A program made the translations under genes and the position numbers. The notes beneath the pieces are model-generated. The model did no database searches. It saw nothing but the letters and a program-made list of their open reading frames with translations, and was not told where the DNA came from. This document shows positions 60,988-64,000 of a stretch of DNA of 64,000 bases, in pieces; within the stretch, counting starts at the first letter, position 1; each line of letters begins with the position of its first letter. This DNA comes from Bacteroidota bacterium. GTDB lineage: Bacteria > Bacteroidota > Bacteroidia > B-17B0 > Aurantibacillaceae. Location: the NCBI GenBank assembly GCA_013287545.1, contig JABDDQ010000003.1, positions 33,064-97,063 on the forward strand, written 5' to 3'.

Positions 60988-61542
60988 ATGGCAACTACTT
61001 CAGATATTTCTAAAAACTGTTTTATCAGATATGAAAATACGTTGTTAAAAGTACTTGAGTACGATCACATTACTCCGGGCAAAGGCAACACTATTTATTC
61101 GGTTAAATGCCGCAATATAGAAACCGGCAAACAAAGTGAAGTTCGTTTTCGTTCGGGCGAAAAAATAGACCTTGTGCGAGTAGATGAAATGGAGCTGCAA
61201 TATCTTTATGCAGAGAATGAATTTTTGGTTTGTATGAATCAGGAAACATTTGATCAAGTACACATTCCAAAAATACTGTTTGCCGATACTATTAAGTTTT
61301 TGCAGGAAGGCATGATACTTACTATTCGTTTTGATGAAAATGAAAAACCATTAAACGGGGAGCTACCGAAATACACTGAGTTAGTAGTTACTTATACCGA
61401 AGATGGCAACAAAGGTAAATCAGTAAAAACTGCCGAAGTTGAAGGTGGCATTAGTATACAAGTACCCATATTTGTTGCCATGGGCGATAAGCTTAAAATA
61501 AACATTGAAACAGGCGAGTACGTAGAACGCGTTTCAAAATAA
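60988..61542 (+). CDS. efp: Elongation factor P family protein (divergent)
   Basis: H.TPGKG loop, QYLY, MNQETFDQ, VP.F...GD..KI...TGEYVER. Confidence 0.85.
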   Translation: MATTSDISKNCFIRYENTLLKVLEYDHITPGKGNTIYSVKCRNIETGKQSEVRFRSGEKIDLVRVDEMELQYLYAENEFLVCMNQETFDQVHIPKILFADTIKFLQEGMILTIRFDENEKPLNGELPKYTELVVTYTEDGNKGKSVKTAEVEGGISIQVPIFVAMGDKLKINIETGEYVERVSK

Positions 61543-61551
61543 ATTTTCTTC

Positions 61552-61776
61552 TTATTGTTTTTTTGGAGGCAAGGCAAATGCTACAGCATCGTGTTCAAAA
61601 TGACCGTTATGAGAGCCATCGCAAAAAGGTTTGTTTTTAGACAACCCACAACGACAAAAAGAAACAATTTCTCTGCCACCTAAATCGTAAGCATTTCCAT
61701 TTTTATCAACTACTTCCATGTCGCCTTCTATGCGTAAAGAGCCGTTGTTGTTTACTGTGATTTTTGTTTTAGCCAT
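61552..61776 (-). CDS. CDGSH iron-sulfur domain protein
   Basis: [16 protein letters not shown]. Confidence 0.92.
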   Translation of the reverse strand: MAKTKITVNNNGSLRIEGDMEVVDKNGNAYDLGGREIVSFCRCGLSKNKPFCDGSHNGHFEHDAVAFALPPKKQ

Positions 61777-61808
61777 AATGTTTTTATTAAAATGAATTTA
61801 TAAGGAGA

Positions 61809-62942
61809 TTAAAATTTAAGGCCTTCGGCATCAATCATGGTTACCCATTTGCCCATTTTTTTCTGAATGACCCTAAAATGATGTTGGTCTTCGGGAGTAA
61901 TGAAAGAAATTGCTTGTCCGGACGATTCTGCCCTGCCTGTTCTTCCAATACGATGAATGTAATCTTTAGGTGATCGTGGCAATTCGTAATTTATAACGCA
62001 AGGCAAATGTTTAATATCAATGCCTCGTGAAATTAAATCGGTTGCAACCAAAACCCTAAGTGTACCGGTTTTAAATTTGTTTAAAGCATCGGTACGCGCC
62101 TGCTGACTTTTTTTGCCATGCATGGCCATAGCATCTATTCCGTTTTTGCGTAGTTTATCAGCTACATTATCTGCTTTATAAGTAGATGACGCAAAAACTA
62201 ACACTTGTTTCAATTCTTTGTCTTTAATTATATAGCGAAGTAAAGGGCCCTTTTTTTCTTCGCTTACATTATAAGCAGTTTGAGTAATAAGGTCTATATT
62301 ATTTTCTTCTACTTCAATTTTAATAACTAAAGGGTCGTGCAATAAAATTTGGTTGATGTTATTTACATCATTACTTAGTGTTGCCGAGAATAATAAATTT
62401 TGACGTTTTTTAGGCAGTAGTGCAAATATACGGTCAACCTCCTCCTTAAAACCAAGGTTAAGCATTTTATCGGCCTCATCTAACACCAATGTATCTATCG
62501 TAGTTAAATGCACCGAATTTGATTCAACCAACTCTAACAAACGCCCTGGTGTAGCCACCAATACATTAACGCCTTGCAATGCCATCATTTGTGGGTTAAT
62601 AGAAACCCCGCCATATACCGCCAAGGTTTTTACAGGCGTAGGTAGTGCTACACCAAACATTTTAAACACCCCTTCTACCTGCACAGCCAGCTCACGTGTA
62701 GGCACTAATACTAAAACATTTACATGGCGGTTTTTAGAGGTAATTTTACCTTGCAAATTCATTAAAATGGGCAATACATAACTGGCTGTTTTACCCGAAC
62801 CTGTTTGCGCAATGCCCAATACATCTTTTCTGTTTAAAATAGCCGGTATAGCCTCTTGCTGAATAGGATAAGGCTGCGTATAATTTTGGTTAGCTAATGC
62901 TTTTAGTAAAGAAGGAGATAAACCTAAAGAAGAAAATGGCAT
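61809..62942 (-). CDS. DEAD-box RNA helicase (core only)
   Basis: Q motif, AQTGSGKT, PTRELA, TPGR, DEAD, SAT, SRGID, HRIGRTGRA. Confidence 0.95.
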   Translation of the reverse strand: MPFSSLGLSPSLLKALANQNYTQPYPIQQEAIPAILNRKDVLGIAQTGSGKTASYVLPILMNLQGKITSKNRHVNVLVLVPTRELAVQVEGVFKMFGVALPTPVKTLAVYGGVSINPQMMALQGVNVLVATPGRLLELVESNSVHLTTIDTLVLDEADKMLNLGFKEEVDRIFALLPKKRQNLLFSATLSNDVNNINQILLHDPLVIKIEVEENNIDLITQTAYNVSEEKKGPLLRYIIKDKELKQVLVFASSTYKADNVADKLRKNGIDAMAMHGKKSQQARTDALNKFKTGTLRVLVATDLISRGIDIKHLPCVINYELPRSPKDYIHRIGRTGRAESSGQAISFITPEDQHHFRVIQKKMGKWVTMIDAEGLKF

Positions 62943-63076
62943 ATTATTTTTATATAACGGAGGCTAAGGTAGTTTAAATTAGTTTTAGTTACAGTAAACA
63001 AGCATAAACTCAAAAAATAACTACTTTTAAAATCAGATTGGCTTAAACATACATTTAGCCTAAAAACAGATACAAC

Positions 63077-63766
63077 ATGGCAACAGTTAGCATAAAAAAA
63101 GAATCGATTGATTTTTTAAAAATTCTTTCAAAAAACAATAACCGAGATTGGTTTACTGAGCATAAACAACTTTATACTAAAGCCAACGAAAACATTATTG
63201 CCTTTGCCGATGTTTTATTAATTGAAATGAATAAGCACGACCACATTGAAACTCCATCAGGTAAAAAAAGCCTGCATAGAATTTATAAAGATGTACGTTT
63301 TTCGAAAGATAAAACACCTTATAACGCACGTTGGAGTGGCGGCTTTAAAAGGGCTACAAAAAAATTACGCGGAGGCTACTATTTTAATATAGCGCCCGGC
63401 AACTCATTTGTAAGCGGAGGTTTTTGGGCACCGGAACCTCACGATTTACAGAGGATAAGAGAGGACATTGATTTAAATTACGACTATTGGAGAAAATTAT
63501 TCGCTAATAAAACAATGGTACAAACATTTGGAAGCATGGTTGGAGAGCAGTTAAGTTCAGCTCCACGAGGTTACGCTAAGGACCACCCTGCCATTGATTT
63601 GCTGCGCTACAAACAATTTCGTGTTAGACATGAGTTTACCGACAAAGAGGTGCTTAGCGCCGATTTTGTATATAAAGTAAATGATGTTTTTAAAAAAATG
63701 CGCCCTTTTTTCAATTATATGAGCGAGCTGCTTACTACAGATGCTAATGGAGTATCTATTATTTAA
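63077..63766 (+). CDS. DUF2461 family protein
   Basis: NNNRDWF, RIYKDVRFSKDKTPY, GGYYF, GG.W.P, PRGY..DHP.IDLLR.K. Confidence 0.9.
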   Translation: MATVSIKKESIDFLKILSKNNNRDWFTEHKQLYTKANENIIAFADVLLIEMNKHDHIETPSGKKSLHRIYKDVRFSKDKTPYNARWSGGFKRATKKLRGGYYFNIAPGNSFVSGGFWAPEPHDLQRIREDIDLNYDYWRKLFANKTMVQTFGSMVGEQLSSAPRGYAKDHPAIDLLRYKQFRVRHEFTDKEVLSADFVYKVNDVFKKMRPFFNYMSELLTTDANGVSII

Positions 63767-63769
63767 TGA

Positions 63770-63793
63770 AAAACCTTGCAAATGCAGGGTTTT
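63770..63793. terminator. Bidirectional intrinsic terminator
   Basis: aaaaccttgc / gcagggtttt hairpin immediately after the DUF2461 stop. Confidence 0.7.
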
Positions 63794-63888
63794 AAGAATT
63801 TAAGAGAGAGAATACTTTTATGATAAATCTTTATTATAGTGTGTTGTTTTTATAAAAAAATACCGCTATTAAGGTTGAAAGAAAAGAT

Positions 63889-64000
63889 CTAATTTTTATT
63901 ATTCGGTAAAGTCGATAATATAGAGGCGACTTCCATTTTTTTTCTTCGTGAAACCTCAAGGGAAATATTATTTGTAAGTAAAATGTGAGGGACACTTTGA
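63889..64000 (-). CDS. 3' end of a LytTR DNA-binding domain protein (5' part outside the window)
   Basis: Manual translation ...QSVPHILLTNNISLEVSRRKKMEVASILSTLPNNKN*; L.L.N...L.VSRRKK is the typical LytTR C-terminal motif. Confidence 0.65.
   Translation of the reverse strand, partial: QSVPHILLTNNISLEVSRRKKMEVASILSTLPNNKN

Noticed and set aside
3327-63781. Numerous 60-190 aa ORFs overlapping well-supported genes (e.g. 8158-8676, 14514-15017, 33382-33849, 52765-53346)
   Set aside because: Antisense or alternate-frame shadows with no recognisable motifs.
1-64000. tRNA, rRNA, IS elements, integrase or prophage
   Set aside because: No cloverleaf or rRNA-like segments seen in the short intergenic gaps, and no transposase, integrase or phage structural motifs among the ORFs.

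Overview
AT-rich, densely coding chromosomal segment from a Bacteroidota bacterium. The assignment rests on three proteins with T9SS C-terminal sorting domains, repeated TAnnTTTG -7 promoter elements, A-rich start contexts without Shine-Dalgarno, and a BT0820-type HAD gene. About 55 CDS, two of them truncated by the window edges and missing from the ORF track (a DEDDh exonuclease at the left, a LytTR protein tail at the right). Most of 1-47 kb is housekeeping (lpxH, rimM, ispF, map, gpmA, kmo, dusB, uvrA, hemA, tex, mutS, holA, tsaE, pheS). I found no rRNA, tRNA, CRISPR array, transposase, integrase or prophage. The best candidate for an undescribed system is at 56.1-59.6 kb: 11-bp-periodic TTAACA-like boxes precede an unannotated 36-aa ORF, a PlcP-type metallophosphoesterase, an MJ1255/VC2487-family glycosyltransferase and a cytoplasmic GH1 beta-glycosidase. 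I infer this is a phosphate-starvation membrane-remodelling operon with a non-canonical glycolipid synthase and a turnover or transglycosylation enzyme. It lies in a signalling-rich neighbourhood (propeller-PP2C sensor, exported caspase-like protease, SiaC plus stand-alone PP2C, STAS/SEC14-like protein plus sensor-less HisKA_2 kinase). Other oddities are an orphan class III PHA synthase, a transaldolase-CBS fusion with altered active-site motifs, and a divergent EF-P lacking the domain III GDT/GNT loop. All family calls come from motif recognition by eye; no database searches were run.
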